64,000 nt of DNA from an uncultured delta proteobacterium (GTDB taxonomy: Bacteria; Desulfobacterota; BSN033; UBA1163): positions 800,001 through 864,000 of the forward strand of contig CAWHBU010000003.1 of the NCBI GenBank assembly GCA_963827685.1, given 5' to 3'. The notes below the pieces were generated by a model. That model did not search any database. It was not told the origin of the DNA and saw nothing but the letters and a program-made list of their open reading frames with translations. Shown here one piece after another: positions 26,530 to 37,940 of this stretch (positions are counted from its first letter, which is position 1; each line of letters opens with the position of its first letter). The position numbers and the translations under genes were made by a program.

Positions 26530-29445
26530 CTATTTCCCCACTTCATACTTGGCACCCCGCACATCAAATGCCCAGCGTGTCCCCTCAAGCACATCAGTCA
26601 CATACTTGGTCATTGCCGGATTTTCCAATGCCCCGGTTGTATATGTAATCGCGTTCCCTTTTGTCTTTTCCATATTGGCATAAACAACTTGATCGGCATC
26701 GCAAACCACTGCCAGGTTTGGATTGTGCGTAACGATGAAGACTTGTCTCTTCTTTCGGGCCGCCTTAATACAATCAACTAAGACTTTGGCGACAGTTTGG
26801 TTATCGAGATTGCCCTCTGGTTGGTCAATGATCAATGGCATATTCCCTTTATCAATGAGTAGGTAAAAGACGAGGAGCAGTGTTCCACGCTCCCCAGGAG
26901 AAAGCATGGACAGATCCTTCCCTTCCCAACGCAGAATATACTTTGGGCGAATGTATTCCAGGGCGTACAACAGATTGAATACTTCCTCCGGCTTTCTTCC
27001 CTTTACAAGTTGGTCCTTGAGTTGCGTTGGAAGAGGTGGATTTTCACGCTGGTCCACGTGAAGTGCATTGTCCGCTTTGTCGAGGAAAATCTGCACCGAT
27101 TCTGTCTCCTCCCATTTCGTGGTTTGAGCGAATTCGTCCGCCTTTGCACGTCCTTCATCAATTCCCATGAAGCTGCCACGCCTATTAAGGGCGAGCATTT
27201 CAAGCAAACGATTGGTGAAGTCTTCGTTGATCAACTCAGCACGAAATTCTAGCTTCAACTTATCTTTAGCAAGATCATGTGAATCGATGAATTCCTGAAC
27301 CGGGGCATAAAGGTTACGATATACTGCCGTCTGAGCAACCTTTTCTGCATGAATCTGGAGGGCACGTTTGGTTTGTTCAGCTTTCAGCTCCATTATTTTG
27401 GAAGGCAGATGATCAATCGCCACCAAAGCGGCCTGAAGGCCTTTCAACGACTCGGGATCATCGGCCTTCCCTTCTATTTTCGCGCGCTTCTGTTCCCAAT
27501 CTGCCAAATCCTTAAGGTAGGCTTGATAAACGCGATTGGGCGCATCAAGTTTTGAGTGAAGGTCAGAAATAATCGCCTCGACATTAGTAATTTGCATTCG
27601 CAGCCCTGGAGGATTATCGTTATCAAGTTCTTTCTTTATTTTCACAATAGTTGCATTTGCTTCATCCCGGATATTCTCGACTTTTTTACACCTGATCGAA
27701 AAAGTAACGAGGTCGTCCACCTTCAAGTTAAGCTCTGCTGCATCTTCAACTAACGATAACTTGAATACCTCGAAATCCTTCTGAAAATTCTCCAGCTTTT
27801 CGATTAGCCGTTTAGCTACGGCTAACCGGCGCTCCATAATGCCCAGGTTCTCGCTCGCTATAACAACCTGCTCACCGAGTGCCTTCTTTTTGCTTTCTGC
27901 CGCTGCGAGGTCCTGAAGCAGTACTGTATCCGTTACTATGTTATTCGGGGTATCCGATGGGTTGGGCTTCTCTATCGGCTTCGCTTTATCGTGTGATTGA
28001 AGTTCGAGTTCTCGCTGTTTGATTTTCTCTATGATCTCACGTTTAACGATTGGATCGGTTTGGGCTTCGAGAATCGCTCGTGAGCGACTGATTTCCCGAA
28101 GCTGTTTGATAAGAGAATCGATTCTCTTTTGTTTCTCACCCGTTTGAAATCGGACGAGATCATCAAGTGTTGCATGCCCTAGCCTTTGCGCCTCCGGGAC
28201 GTGGGAGAATATGACTGACTTGAGCTCCCGCTCGAACCCTTCCTCACCAAGTCCAACAAGCTCATTGCAGACCTTCTCAAGATGATCCTGGGGTAGATAT
28301 TTGACGCGTTCAACTTCCTCCGGCCTAATGATGTCTGCCAGGCATCGAGTTACATTTTCCCCAGATTCCCATTGGATTGTGGCACCAAAATAATTAGCAT
28401 ATCCTTCCGTTGGGTGGCGAAATCGTTCCTTGCAGAGAAAAGAAAACGAGTCAGCGTTCTTCGTCGCACCCAATAATCCCAGTGTATCGGAAAGTGCACT
28501 TTTGCCGCTACCCTTATTCCCCACTATCGCAACAAGGCCATTGTTAAAAAGAACCTCGCCACTAAACCACTGGTCGGAAATAGGAGTTTCTGGTTTACGA
28601 TGAAATGAAACGCTGCGAATGTGCTTAGTTGGATTCTGTTCGAGTCGGATTAATTCTGAGGGGCGGTCTCCTATGAACACACGGTCACAAGGTTCGCGAA
28701 GGACCATCAGCAGGCCACGAAAGGTAGGATCGGCTCGTAACCAAAGAGGAGCTTTAATCGAGTATTGGCTAACTCTGTGATTATCCGAACAAATTATCAG
28801 CGGTCTATCCAATCCTGTCGAAGGGAATATTATTTTTCGGTGAACATCAATATCTTTAACTTGGCCAATCTCCATCAAGTCCACCCAATTCTTCGTAATG
28901 TCATACTTAATTCGCTGTTGAAACTGCTCTTTGTTCTTAATTGACTCAATTGAATTGGATTTCTCCCCTGCATGAATTGAGACTACTCCCCCCAGCTTTC
29001 GTGCTTGTTCAGCTCCTTTTTCTATGGAAACATAAACCTTGTCATCACCCCCTTTATCAGAAATGGCAGCCGCCGTTAGCCCCAAGCTACCTTGGAGTGT
29101 TGTCCAAACATGGTCTATGTCACTGTCTTCAGGAAATATGCAAATGTAATGGATGGGATCGCCACCGTGGGCGTCTCTCAACTCGATCCCCGGTAAAACA
29201 GTCAGCTTGCCAGCCCCAAGCTCCTGCAGTACGCGAATCCTTTCAATATCCATTCTGTGATGATCTGTAATTGCGACAACGCGTATACCTTCTTTAAGAA
29301 GGCAGTCTACAATCTGAGTGTTTGATACGCCTTTATCTTCATAATCAAAGGAACTCGGCGTATGGAAATGCAGATCCCAACGGTGCCAAAGTGAGCCACG
29401 AATATCATGATATGTATCACACTGAGGATTCATATTAATCTCCAT
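26530..29445 (-). CDS. PHP phosphoesterase-ABC/SMC ATPase fusion (TrlF/Ppl-like)
   Basis: WDLHFHTP, ITDHH and SDNH (PHP); GNKGSGKS, LSPGERG, IIDQPE.NLDN and VTHNPN (ABC ATPase) with coiled coil. Confidence 0.9.
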   Translation of the reverse strand: MEINMNPQCDTYHDIRGSLWHRWDLHFHTPSSFDYEDKGVSNTQIVDCLLKEGIRVVAITDHHRMDIERIRVLQELGAGKLTVLPGIELRDAHGGDPIHYICIFPEDSDIDHVWTTLQGSLGLTAAAISDKGGDDKVYVSIEKGAEQARKLGGVVSIHAGEKSNSIESIKNKEQFQQRIKYDITKNWVDLMEIGQVKDIDVHRKIIFPSTGLDRPLIICSDNHRVSQYSIKAPLWLRADPTFRGLLMVLREPCDRVFIGDRPSELIRLEQNPTKHIRSVSFHRKPETPISDQWFSGEVLFNNGLVAIVGNKGSGKSALSDTLGLLGATKNADSFSFLCKERFRHPTEGYANYFGATIQWESGENVTRCLADIIRPEEVERVKYLPQDHLEKVCNELVGLGEEGFERELKSVIFSHVPEAQRLGHATLDDLVRFQTGEKQKRIDSLIKQLREISRSRAILEAQTDPIVKREIIEKIKQRELELQSHDKAKPIEKPNPSDTPNNIVTDTVLLQDLAAAESKKKALGEQVVIASENLGIMERRLAVAKRLIEKLENFQKDFEVFKLSLVEDAAELNLKVDDLVTFSIRCKKVENIRDEANATIVKIKKELDNDNPPGLRMQITNVEAIISDLHSKLDAPNRVYQAYLKDLADWEQKRAKIEGKADDPESLKGLQAALVAIDHLPSKIMELKAEQTKRALQIHAEKVAQTAVYRNLYAPVQEFIDSHDLAKDKLKLEFRAELINEDFTNRLLEMLALNRRGSFMGIDEGRAKADEFAQTTKWEETESVQIFLDKADNALHVDQRENPPLPTQLKDQLVKGRKPEEVFNLLYALEYIRPKYILRWEGKDLSMLSPGERGTLLLVFYLLIDKGNMPLIIDQPEGNLDNQTVAKVLVDCIKAARKKRQVFIVTHNPNLAVVCDADQVVYANMEKTKGNAITYTTGALENPAMTKYVTDVLEGTRWAFDVRGAKYEVGK

Positions 29446-29555
29446 TTAGCCAAAACACCGTTTGGAGTTGCGTTGCCGCTCAAGAGCTTTAATCTATTTC
29501 TGCCTTGTCAACTTGTCTTCAAACGTGAGTCAATATACGACATGCTAATTGGCGA

Positions 29556-30846
29556 CTACTTACTGCCAGTTTCTTCCTCTCCGGAAGTCGGTGCCTCCAG
29601 TGCAAGCAATTCCAGTCCTTCAATTTCTTGTAGCGTTTTCCCGGCAATACCCTGTAGGTCTCCGTACATTCCAACCGTTGCCTGCATGACCCGTTCGATT
29701 TGCTCCTCACGCTTGGCCCACTGCTTGATAATGGCTTTCTTCTCCTTATCGAGATCTTCTCGCATTGAGGAGAACGCCTCGACAATGGCCTGCACGCGCT
29801 GTCGGAAGCGTGGACCAGTAAGGTATTGATAAATCATATCCATCTTGGTCTGCTGCCCTTCGGTTGCTTGACGTGCGCATGATACCTCAATCAGCGTGTG
29901 GCGAAGCGTTACAGCCACGGGTAGCGCCGCTCTTGGATGGGTCACCCACACGCCATCTATCAGGTCAAACGTTTGTACTTCTTTCGGGAGCGACTGGCTG
30001 ACAATCACGGCAACTTCCGCCTTGGCGGCCCGCTGGTCTTCACGGAGTTTTGTAAGCCACGCATCACTCCAGTTCTTGGTACGTTTTGACTCCCACAAAA
30101 TTGTCCCGCAGGTCTGACCAAACGGCCCGATGACCCGTTGTATTACATCGCCGCCACGTTCTCCTTTCGGAACGGGTTCAATCGTATCGCGTGGGAATTT
30201 CGTACGCAATAGGTCTTCAAGCTCAAGTTCTTGGACTTCTCCCTGAAGCTGCTGTGACCCTTGATCAGCTCTACGCTTGAGATCCTCGATCTGTTTTTGC
30301 ATTGACTTAATAGTCTGTTCCTTTTCCATTACCTTAAGTTTCAATTGATCCTCGGCCTCTTTCTGAGCCTGTTCTCGTACGGTAGCGAGACCCTCCTGAA
30401 CCCGCTTTTCGACAATTAGCTCCATCTCGCGTTTGGCATCATCGAGCCTCACGTCGCTTTCGGATAAGGTCTGCCTGCGCTCTCTGGGCCTCTGCCAGCT
30501 TTGCGTCCCGTTCTTTGAGTACGCTTTGAAGGTCAGTAATCTCCTTATCTTTCTGGTCAATGTCAGTTGCCAGAGCAAGTTTCGCCTTACGAGCTTCCTC
30601 TGCGGCAATTTTTGTGCGCTCCTGCCGCAACTTTTCACCCACTTGGTCATCAATGGTATCCTTTGCTTTGGATAAGGCCTCTTCCCGCTCTCGTAGCGAA
30701 GCCTCCCGCTTCGCAATGTCAGTGTCTTTTTTCGACAGGCGTTCCTCGTACTCCCGACGTATTGATTCGATGAGTGGCGCTGCAAGCGATTCCGTCAACT
30801 TAATCTCGGCCTTGCATTTCGGACAAATGATCGTTGGTTCTGCCAT
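29556..30846 (-). pseudogene. DUF2130 coiled-coil protein with a +1 frameshift near 30447
   Basis: MAEPTIICPKC N-terminus; removing one G from CGTGAGGCTCGAT restores RELDDAKRE; GSQQLQGEVQE and ILWESKRTK.W. Confidence 0.85.
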
Positions 30847-31249
30847 GTATTTCTCCTTAAAATATAGGGATACGATTGGGTGTCGTGTCTGGACTATTCA
30901 CTACTCGCGCGCATTCTTCAATTGCCCCCGGAGGCTTTTCCCAATCAAACCCAACATACCGCACGGCGCGAAGCACTGAGCGGATCTTCCATCGCAGGGC
31001 GTAATGTGTAAGTCGCAAAGGGCAAAAAAATTAAAAAATCCCGTTCTTTTGAGAATAGGCTCTGACCTCGAATGTCTTAAAGAATCACCCCCACCCCCTG
31101 CAGGGTTGCCTTCACTATACCAGAAATGGATCATGGTGACAATAATTAAGCATTTTTTGTGCCAGAAGAGTTTGTCTGTAACTTTTTGATTTAAAAGGTT
31201 TTCTAACAGCGGGGAAAATTAGACTGGTCAAGAATTGGCCAAAAATGTT

Positions 31250-31348
31250 CTAACCCGATGGATTGTACGAAACGGATAAGCCACAGAGAAACGGAGATAC
31301 GGTGATAGGGAAATTCGGAGTGCGGAATGCGGAGTGTGGATTGTGGGA
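31250..31348 (+). repeat. adjacent octamer (ACGGAGAT) and heptamer (GCGGAAT) arrays
   Basis: acagagaa acggagat acggtgat agggaaat then tcggagt gcggaat gcggagt gtggatt gtgggat. Confidence 0.7.
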
Positions 31349-31462
31349 TTACTAAGGACTCCATAATAAAGAAGACAAATGTTTTCAGAAAATCTCCCCT
31401 CGCCCCTCTTTACCAAAGAGGGGTAATTCCTCCCTTTAGTAAAGGGAGGGGAGGAGGGATTT
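31349..31462. mobile_element. truncated copy of the 6948..7098 MITE
   Basis: TTACTAAGGACTCCATAAT...GAAAATCTCCCCT..CCCCTCTTT..AAAGAGGGG..GGAGGGATTT. Confidence 0.75.
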
Positions 31463-31513
31463 AATCTATTGAGAGTTTAGAATTGAAAATGAAGCGTTGA
31501 TGAAGTCTGAGAA

Positions 31514-32737
31514 TTACGACCGGTAGGAGGCGTTGATCTTTACATAATCAATGGAGAGGTCTGTGGTGAGAACAGAAAATTGGCTCTTCCCTTGATGGAG
31601 ATCTACAGTGACTTTGAAGGATTTATTTTTGAGAATCTGACCAGCTCGTTCCTCCATCCGGCCACGTACCCCCATCCCTTTTTTCACGATCGGAGCCCTG
31701 TCAAAAAAGACATCAATTCCATTTGGATCGATCTGCACGCCGGAATGGCCCAAAGCGGAAAGAATTCTTCCCCAATTGGCATCCTCACCGAAGAAAGCGG
31801 TCTTCACCAATGGAGAATGGGCAACCGCATAAGCAGCCTGTTTGGCATCTTCCTTGTTTCGTGCTCCTTGGATCAATATTTCGATGAATTTCGTTGCGCC
31901 TTCTCCATCCTTCACCAGACTTTCAGCCAAACTCCGGCAAACTTTTGAAAGCATCGATTGGAACACCTCGCCATCCCGGTCCATGCGATTCAAAATAGGA
32001 TGGCCTGCCATCCCATTGGCCAAAAGCAAAACCGTATCATTGGTGCTGGTCTCCCCATCAATCGTGATCCGGTTATACGATGCCTCAGCGGCCTTTTCCA
32101 GCATTCGTTGAAGGAGGGGAGCCTTAATGCAGGCATCCGTGACAAGGAAGGAGAGCATCGTTGCCAAATTGGGACGAATCATTCCTGCCCCCTTCGCCAT
32201 TCCGCACAACTTCACTTGCTTCCCTTTGATGCGACCCGTGGCCACCTCAACCTTCGGAAAGGTATCTGTGGTCATCATCGCCTCCACCGTGCTCATCCAA
32301 CCCTCCGGAGAAAGCTGACCAATCAATTTAGGAATTCCTTCTTCAATCTTCTCCAATGGAAGCGGGCTTCCAATTACTCCTGTGGAGGAAGGGAAGACCA
32401 GCCGTTCATCGATTTCCAACTGTTTTGCAACAAACGAAGAAACCCTTTTGGCATCTCTCAACCCTTGACTCCCTGTACAGGCGTTGGCATTACCGCTGTT
32501 CACAATGATTGCCTGGCATAAACCTCTCTTGATACGCTCCATACCCAATTGCACGGGTGCTGCTTTTACGGCATTCGTTGTGAAAAGCCCGGCTACCTGA
32601 GCGGGAACCTCTGAGTAGATCAAGCCCAAATCCCTTTTTCCATCTTTCTTGATCCCTGCTGAAATCCCCGAAAAAAGAAAACCTGAAACTTTAAATCGTG
32701 AATCGTGATGCGTGACTCGTGATCCGTGATCTGACAT
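31514..32737 (-). CDS. argJ: bifunctional ornithine acetyltransferase / N-acetylglutamate synthase
   Basis: NSGNANA.TG, MTTDT, KGAGMI.PNLATML, STNDT, DGEGATK and DANWGR. Confidence 0.97.
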   Translation of the reverse strand: MSDHGSRVTHHDSRFKVSGFLFSGISAGIKKDGKRDLGLIYSEVPAQVAGLFTTNAVKAAPVQLGMERIKRGLCQAIIVNSGNANACTGSQGLRDAKRVSSFVAKQLEIDERLVFPSSTGVIGSPLPLEKIEEGIPKLIGQLSPEGWMSTVEAMMTTDTFPKVEVATGRIKGKQVKLCGMAKGAGMIRPNLATMLSFLVTDACIKAPLLQRMLEKAAEASYNRITIDGETSTNDTVLLLANGMAGHPILNRMDRDGEVFQSMLSKVCRSLAESLVKDGEGATKFIEILIQGARNKEDAKQAAYAVAHSPLVKTAFFGEDANWGRILSALGHSGVQIDPNGIDVFFDRAPIVKKGMGVRGRMEERAGQILKNKSFKVTVDLHQGKSQFSVLTTDLSIDYVKINASYRS

Positions 32738-32772
32738 CTTAAACTCTTCTCCTATTCCGCAATCCGAATTCC
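32696..32772. repeat. TCGTGAN heptamers inside the argJ 5' coding region, plus TCCGCAA heptamers upstream
   Basis: tcgtgaa tcgtgat gcgtgac tcgtgat ccgtgat encodes DHGSRVTHHDSR. Confidence 0.8.
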
Positions 32773-32811
32773 GGGCGAAGCATCCGTCTCGGATCAACCC
32801 GCAATATTGGA

Positions 32812-35484
32812 TTAAGCCCTTGCCTCTTCCTTCAACAGGCAGCACCGCTTGTACTTCTTCCCACTCCCGCATGGACAGGGATCATTCCGTCCCACCTTCT
32901 TTCCTTCCCGTCGAACGGTTACACCCTTTCCGCTTTCTGTTTTTCCACCTTCGCCGTGGGCTGCCTCCCCTCGGCTCAAGACAAAGTTCTGTTTCCGTTC
33001 CAGCTTTATCTCCTGAGCCTCCTTTTCCTTGGCAACCTGAATGGCAAAGAGTTTTTCAACCGTATCCCTTTTTATCCTGTCCAGCATCTCGAGAAACATT
33101 TGATAGGCTTCTTTTTGATATTCGATGAGGGGGTCCTTCTGACCATAACCTCTTAAACCGATCCCTTCCTTCAACTGATCAATGGCAAGAAGGTGGTCCT
33201 TCCAATGGAAATCAATGGATTGGAGCATAATCACCTTTTCCAGGTATCGAAGCATGGGTGCTCCAAATTCTTCCTCCTTCTTTTCGTAAACGTCCTTCGC
33301 ACTCTGCACAATCATTTCTTTTAATTGGTCTCTCCTGATCCCATTTTCTTCCATCGAGGGAACAGACCACTTGAAAGAAAATTGTTGAAAAAAGGCGTCC
33401 TGAAGCGCTTTCAGGTCCCACTCCTCGGGGTGTTCCTTTTCATCCGTATAGAAATCAACGAGCCCTTCGCCCTCCTCTTCAATCATCTCCATCACGGTGT
33501 CTTTCAGGTCTTCGCTGCCGAGAACCTCTCTCCGTTGGGAATAGATCACTTCTCTCTGTTTGTTCATGACATTGTCGTATTCCAACAGATGCTTCCGTAT
33601 TTCGAAATTGTGGGCCTCCACTTTCCTCTGGGCGCTCTCAATGGCCTTGGTAACCAGTCCATGTTCGATGGGCTGGTCCTCTTCAATCCCTAACCGATCC
33701 ATAATTTTAGAGATCCTCTCCGAGCCGAAAATCCTCAAGAGGTCATCCTCCAACGAGAGAAAGAATCGGGAGGAACCAGGATCGCCTTGTCTGCCAGATC
33801 TTCCTCTCAATTGATTATCAATGCGTCTCGCCTCATGCCGCTCGGTTCCCAATACATGGAGGCCTCCCACCTGAATGACTTTCTCCTTCTCCTTTTGAAC
33901 AATGCCTAAGGCCTTTCCGGTGGCCTCCTTCATCGTCTCTTCAGTGGCCTCCTCTTTCACGAGAGTCTTGGCTAAAAATTTTGGATTCCCTCCCAACAGG
34001 ATGTCTGTGCCTCTTCCAGCCATATTCGTAGAGATGGTCACGGCTCCTACCCTTCCCGCCTGAGCAATGATTTCAGCCTCTCTGTCATGATGTTTGGCGT
34101 TAAGGACATTATGCTGAACCCCCTGTTTCTTCAGGAGCTGACTCAATCTCTCAGACTTCTCAATGGAGATCGTGCCCACCAGAACCGGATGGCCGGATTG
34201 ATAGAGTTCTTTGATCTCACGGACGACGGCACGAAACTTCTCATCCTCAGTTTTATAAATGACATCCGCATAATTGGTGCGGATCAGGGGCATATTGGTG
34301 GGAATGACCACCACATCGAGATTATAAATTTTACGGAATTCCGCTGCTTCCGTGTCCGCGGTCCCCGTCATCCCGGCCAACTTTTTGTACATTCGAAAAT
34401 AATTTTGAAAGGTAACGGTGGCCAGTGTCTGATTTTCATTTTCGATCCGGACATTTTCTTTGGCTTCCACCGCCTGATGGAGACCATCGCTCCATCTCCT
34501 CCCGGGCATCAGCCTCCCGGTAAACTCATCGACAATGATCACCTCCCCCTCTTTGACCACATAGTCCACATCTCGTTTAAAAAGGGTATGGGCTTTCAAA
34601 CCCTGATTCACATGATGAAGCGTCTCAATATTTCTGGGATCGTACAGGTTTTCGACATGGATCAATTTCTCCACATGGACTACCCCCTCTTCTGTTAGGA
34701 AGGCGGTGTGGCTTTTCTCTTCTAACTGATAATCTGTCCCCTGCTTCAGAGAGGGGATGATGCGGTTGATCTTATAATATTTATCGGTGGATTCTTCTGC
34801 GGGGCCGGAGATAATGAGCGGGGTCCTGGCTTCATCGATCAGGATGCTATCCACCTCATCCACAATGCCATAGTTCAGATCCCGCTGGACATAATCTTCA
34901 AGGGTAAATTTCATATTGTCCCGGAGGTAGTCGAACCCGAATTCGTTATTCGTCCCGTAGGTGATATCACAACCATACGCCTCCTTACGCTCCCGGTCAT
35001 TGAGTTCGTGAACGATCACCCCTACGGAAAGGCCCAGGAACCGGTAGATCACGCCCATCCATTCCCTATCCCTTTTCGCCAGGTAGTCATTCACCGTGAC
35101 GATGTGGACCCCTTTCCCCTCAAGGGCATTCAGATAAGCGGACAAGGTGGACACCAGGGTCTTCCCTTCACCAGTTGCCATCTCAGCGATTTTGCCTCCG
35201 TGAAGAACAATTCCTCCAATCAACTGGACATCATAATGTCTTTCACCAAGGGTCCGTTTCGCTGTCTCACGCACGACGGCAAAGGCTTCAGGAAGGATCT
35301 CATCGATGGACTCCCCGCGCCCAACTCGCTCTTTAAATTCAGAAGTCTTGGCGCGGAGCTGGTCATCACTCAGCGGGCTGATTTCCGGCTCCCATTGGTT
35401 GATTTTGTCGACGAGGGGCTGAATCCTTCTTAATTCCCTCTCGTTCTTACTGCCCACGATCTTCTTGATCAGTGACCCAATCAT
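32812..35484 (-). CDS. secA: preprotein translocase ATPase SecA
   Basis: [40 protein letters not shown] and [16 protein letters not shown]. Confidence 0.99.
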   Translation of the reverse strand: MIGSLIKKIVGSKNERELRRIQPLVDKINQWEPEISPLSDDQLRAKTSEFKERVGRGESIDEILPEAFAVVRETAKRTLGERHYDVQLIGGIVLHGGKIAEMATGEGKTLVSTLSAYLNALEGKGVHIVTVNDYLAKRDREWMGVIYRFLGLSVGVIVHELNDRERKEAYGCDITYGTNNEFGFDYLRDNMKFTLEDYVQRDLNYGIVDEVDSILIDEARTPLIISGPAEESTDKYYKINRIIPSLKQGTDYQLEEKSHTAFLTEEGVVHVEKLIHVENLYDPRNIETLHHVNQGLKAHTLFKRDVDYVVKEGEVIIVDEFTGRLMPGRRWSDGLHQAVEAKENVRIENENQTLATVTFQNYFRMYKKLAGMTGTADTEAAEFRKIYNLDVVVIPTNMPLIRTNYADVIYKTEDEKFRAVVREIKELYQSGHPVLVGTISIEKSERLSQLLKKQGVQHNVLNAKHHDREAEIIAQAGRVGAVTISTNMAGRGTDILLGGNPKFLAKTLVKEEATEETMKEATGKALGIVQKEKEKVIQVGGLHVLGTERHEARRIDNQLRGRSGRQGDPGSSRFFLSLEDDLLRIFGSERISKIMDRLGIEEDQPIEHGLVTKAIESAQRKVEAHNFEIRKHLLEYDNVMNKQREVIYSQRREVLGSEDLKDTVMEMIEEEGEGLVDFYTDEKEHPEEWDLKALQDAFFQQFSFKWSVPSMEENGIRRDQLKEMIVQSAKDVYEKKEEEFGAPMLRYLEKVIMLQSIDFHWKDHLLAIDQLKEGIGLRGYGQKDPLIEYQKEAYQMFLEMLDRIKRDTVEKLFAIQVAKEKEAQEIKLERKQNFVLSRGEAAHGEGGKTESGKGVTVRREGKKVGRNDPCPCGSGKKYKRCCLLKEEARA

Positions 35485-35578
35485 AAAATGCCCTTCTCCT
35501 ATTGGTTCTTCTTTAATTTCGGAAAATTATATAACGGATTGCTCAGGGTTGCAATCCTCAAAGATCAAAATCTCCAAC

Positions 35579-35644
35579 AGAGAGCTTTGAAAAACTCCGA
35601 TCTGCCTCTTAAGCAGAGATTTCTGGACTTTTTCAGAAATCTCT
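35579..35644. repeat. short copy of the 13452..13602 element
   Basis: AGAGAGCTTTGAAAAACT...CAGAGATTTCTGGACTTTTTCAGAAATCTCT. Confidence 0.7.
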
Positions 35645-35708
35645 AAACATAGCCCTTGACAAAAACTATTTCTTTCACTTGAATGGAAGGGTGGGAAGTC
35701 AAAGAAGG

Positions 35709-36836
35709 ATGTGGACGAAACTCGAAATGGTATCGATTTCATTCTGGCTCATTCTCTTTCTGTTGTCGAATAGAATCGTTCAAGCGGAGGAGATCGTCCA
35801 AGCCGTTCCGGTGATCACTGTGACGGCGGTTGGAGATATCATGATGGGGACAGATTACCCTTCTCCAAAGCTCCCGAAGAAGGATGGAAGGTTTCTCTTT
35901 GAAGCGTCAAAGGAATTTTTGAGAAAGGCCGATATCGTATTTGGTAATCTTGAGGGACCCCTCTATGAGGGAGGCTCACCTGAAAAAAAGGGGAAAGACG
36001 GAGAATCTTATGTCTTTCGAACTCCGCCGAGGTATGTCAAGAACCTTGTCGATGCCGGCTTTAATGTCGTCTCGCTTGCAAACAATCACGCGGGAGATTT
36101 TGGATATCCGGGGATGTCCTCCACCAAAAAAGTTTTGGATACCGAACGAATAAAGTATTCGAGCAAGGCAGGAGAGGTGGCGGAGTTTGAAATCAAAGGG
36201 GTAAGAATTGGTCTTGTCGCATTTTCCTTCGGTTCACCTCCGAGGTCCATTGTATACCCTGAGAGGGCATTGGAAGAGATAGAGGAGCTTTCGAAGAAAT
36301 ATGATCTGTTGATCTTATCGATTCACGGAGGCAGAGAAGGAAGGACAGCCTTGCAAACCAAAAATGAGTTTGAGTATTTCTTGGACGAACCAAGAGGGAA
36401 TCTCATTCAATTTGCCCATGAGGCTGTTGAGAGGGGCGCGGATCTTGTCCTGGGTCATGGACCCCATGTCCCGAGAGCGATAGAGATCTATCACGACAGG
36501 CTGATTGTTTACAGTCTTGGCAACTTCTGTACCTATGAAGGAATGAGTTTGGATAAGGAAAAGGGCTATGCCCCTTTGTTATGGGTGGAATTGGGTAAGA
36601 ACGGCGAGTTCATAAGAGGAAAGATATACTCTTTCATACAGGTCCCGCCAGGAGGACCTATATGGGATGAACGAGAAAGGGCCTATACCCTGATCAAAAA
36701 ACTTTCTCAAGAGGATTTCCCAGAAACGACTCCTTTTTTCGGTGAATCAGAGATCATGCTCCCGAGAGAAAAACCTTTAGAGGGTGACGCTTTTTCCACC
36801 TTCGGGAATCTTTCGACAGTCGATCTATCCGAGTAA
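35709..36836 (+). CDS. CapA family metallophosphoesterase
   Basis: VGDIMMG, GNLEG, SLANNH, GHGPHV and YSLGNF. Confidence 0.92.
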   Translation: MWTKLEMVSISFWLILFLLSNRIVQAEEIVQAVPVITVTAVGDIMMGTDYPSPKLPKKDGRFLFEASKEFLRKADIVFGNLEGPLYEGGSPEKKGKDGESYVFRTPPRYVKNLVDAGFNVVSLANNHAGDFGYPGMSSTKKVLDTERIKYSSKAGEVAEFEIKGVRIGLVAFSFGSPPRSIVYPERALEEIEELSKKYDLLILSIHGGREGRTALQTKNEFEYFLDEPRGNLIQFAHEAVERGADLVLGHGPHVPRAIEIYHDRLIVYSLGNFCTYEGMSLDKEKGYAPLLWVELGKNGEFIRGKIYSFIQVPPGGPIWDERERAYTLIKKLSQEDFPETTPFFGESEIMLPREKPLEGDAFSTFGNLSTVDLSE

Positions 36837-36962
36837 ACCCCGTTAGAAATTCCAGCGAGGTATTAAACCCTACCGGAATTATTCTAAAATATAACCCCGC
36901 TGCACAGCCCTGCACCGCATGGTGTACAGGGCAGAGCAGCGGGGCATTATTTCTAACGGGGT
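36837..36962. mobile_element. MITE with ACCCCGTTAGAAAT TIRs and nested hairpins
   Basis: ACCCCGTTAGAAAT ... ATTTCTAACGGGGT; internal CCCCGCTGC[CCCTGCACC..GGTGTACAGGG]GCAGCGGGG. Confidence 0.8.
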
Positions 36963-37031
36963 AAAGCAGGGGCATTCCGGGGAAAGAAAGAGGGGGTTGA
37001 TGCGCTGTTTTGGTCTATTTATTCGAGTGCT

Positions 37032-37940
37032 TTAATTCAGGATATACCTTACGGGGTTGACAGGAATGCCGTTCACCCTTACTTCATAATGGAGATGGGG
37101 ACCTGTTGATTTGCCCGTCGTCCCGACCTCGGCAATTTTATCCCCCCGCTTCACCTTTTGCCCGGCTCTTACAAAAACTTTATTGAGGTGAAAGTAGCGG
37201 CTGTTCGTTCCGAATCCATGGGAAATCACCACCACGTTCCCATGGGAGGAATCCCTCCCGGTGTCCGAAACGATCCCATCTGCTGTAGCAATGACAGGGG
37301 TTCCAATCCGATTCGAAATATCAAGGCCTTCGTGCATCTGGTTCAATCCCGTGAAGGGATTGGTCCGAAAACCAAAACCCGATGTCACCCATCCATGGAC
37401 CGGCCATATCGAGGGGGTGTGGACTAACATCTCCTTTTTATTTTGTAAAAGTTTTTCGAGTTCGGAAAGGCTCTCTTCTTGAGACGTTGCCTCTGATTCG
37501 AGACGTTCGATGTCCGTTCTCAGCTGCTGAGCCAGCCCTTTCTCATCCTTCTCTGTCTTCAATTTTTCTCTGACATCAGAGGGGGAGGGCCCACCCATTC
37601 CTATAAAGGAAGTCGTTTCCTGGCTTTTCTCCAAATTGGCAATGATTCGAATTCTCTTGTCAAAATCCTTCAATCTGGAGAGTTGTTTCTCCAGATCTTC
37701 AATCTTGGATGAGAAAAAATGAATCTTAGATTTCTGCTCTTGGGTCTGCTGCCGCAATTGACTCAATTCAAAGGTTTTTTTCCTGACCTGAATATAGTCG
37801 CAGAGGAAGAAAATGGTGGAGAGGAGAACAAAGCCTAAAAGATAAAGTCCAATCGTAAAAGTTTTTTTATGTATTCTGAGGTGCCGGGTCTTGGAAGTCT
37901 TTTGGCCAAAGACAAGAACATTAAAGTAATCTTTATCCAA
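37032..37940 (-). CDS. M23 family metallopeptidase
   Basis: HEGLD and STGPHLHYEV; TM helix plus coiled coil. Confidence 0.93.
   Translation of the reverse strand: MDKDYFNVLVFGQKTSKTRHLRIHKKTFTIGLYLLGFVLLSTIFFLCDYIQVRKKTFELSQLRQQTQEQKSKIHFFSSKIEDLEKQLSRLKDFDKRIRIIANLEKSQETTSFIGMGGPSPSDVREKLKTEKDEKGLAQQLRTDIERLESEATSQEESLSELEKLLQNKKEMLVHTPSIWPVHGWVTSGFGFRTNPFTGLNQMHEGLDISNRIGTPVIATADGIVSDTGRDSSHGNVVVISHGFGTNSRYFHLNKVFVRAGQKVKRGDKIAEVGTTGKSTGPHLHYEVRVNGIPVNPVRYILN

Noticed and set aside
30940-31000. ACCCAAC/GTTGGGT as an attC at the island edge
   Set aside because: I could not find a complementary partner core or L boxes.
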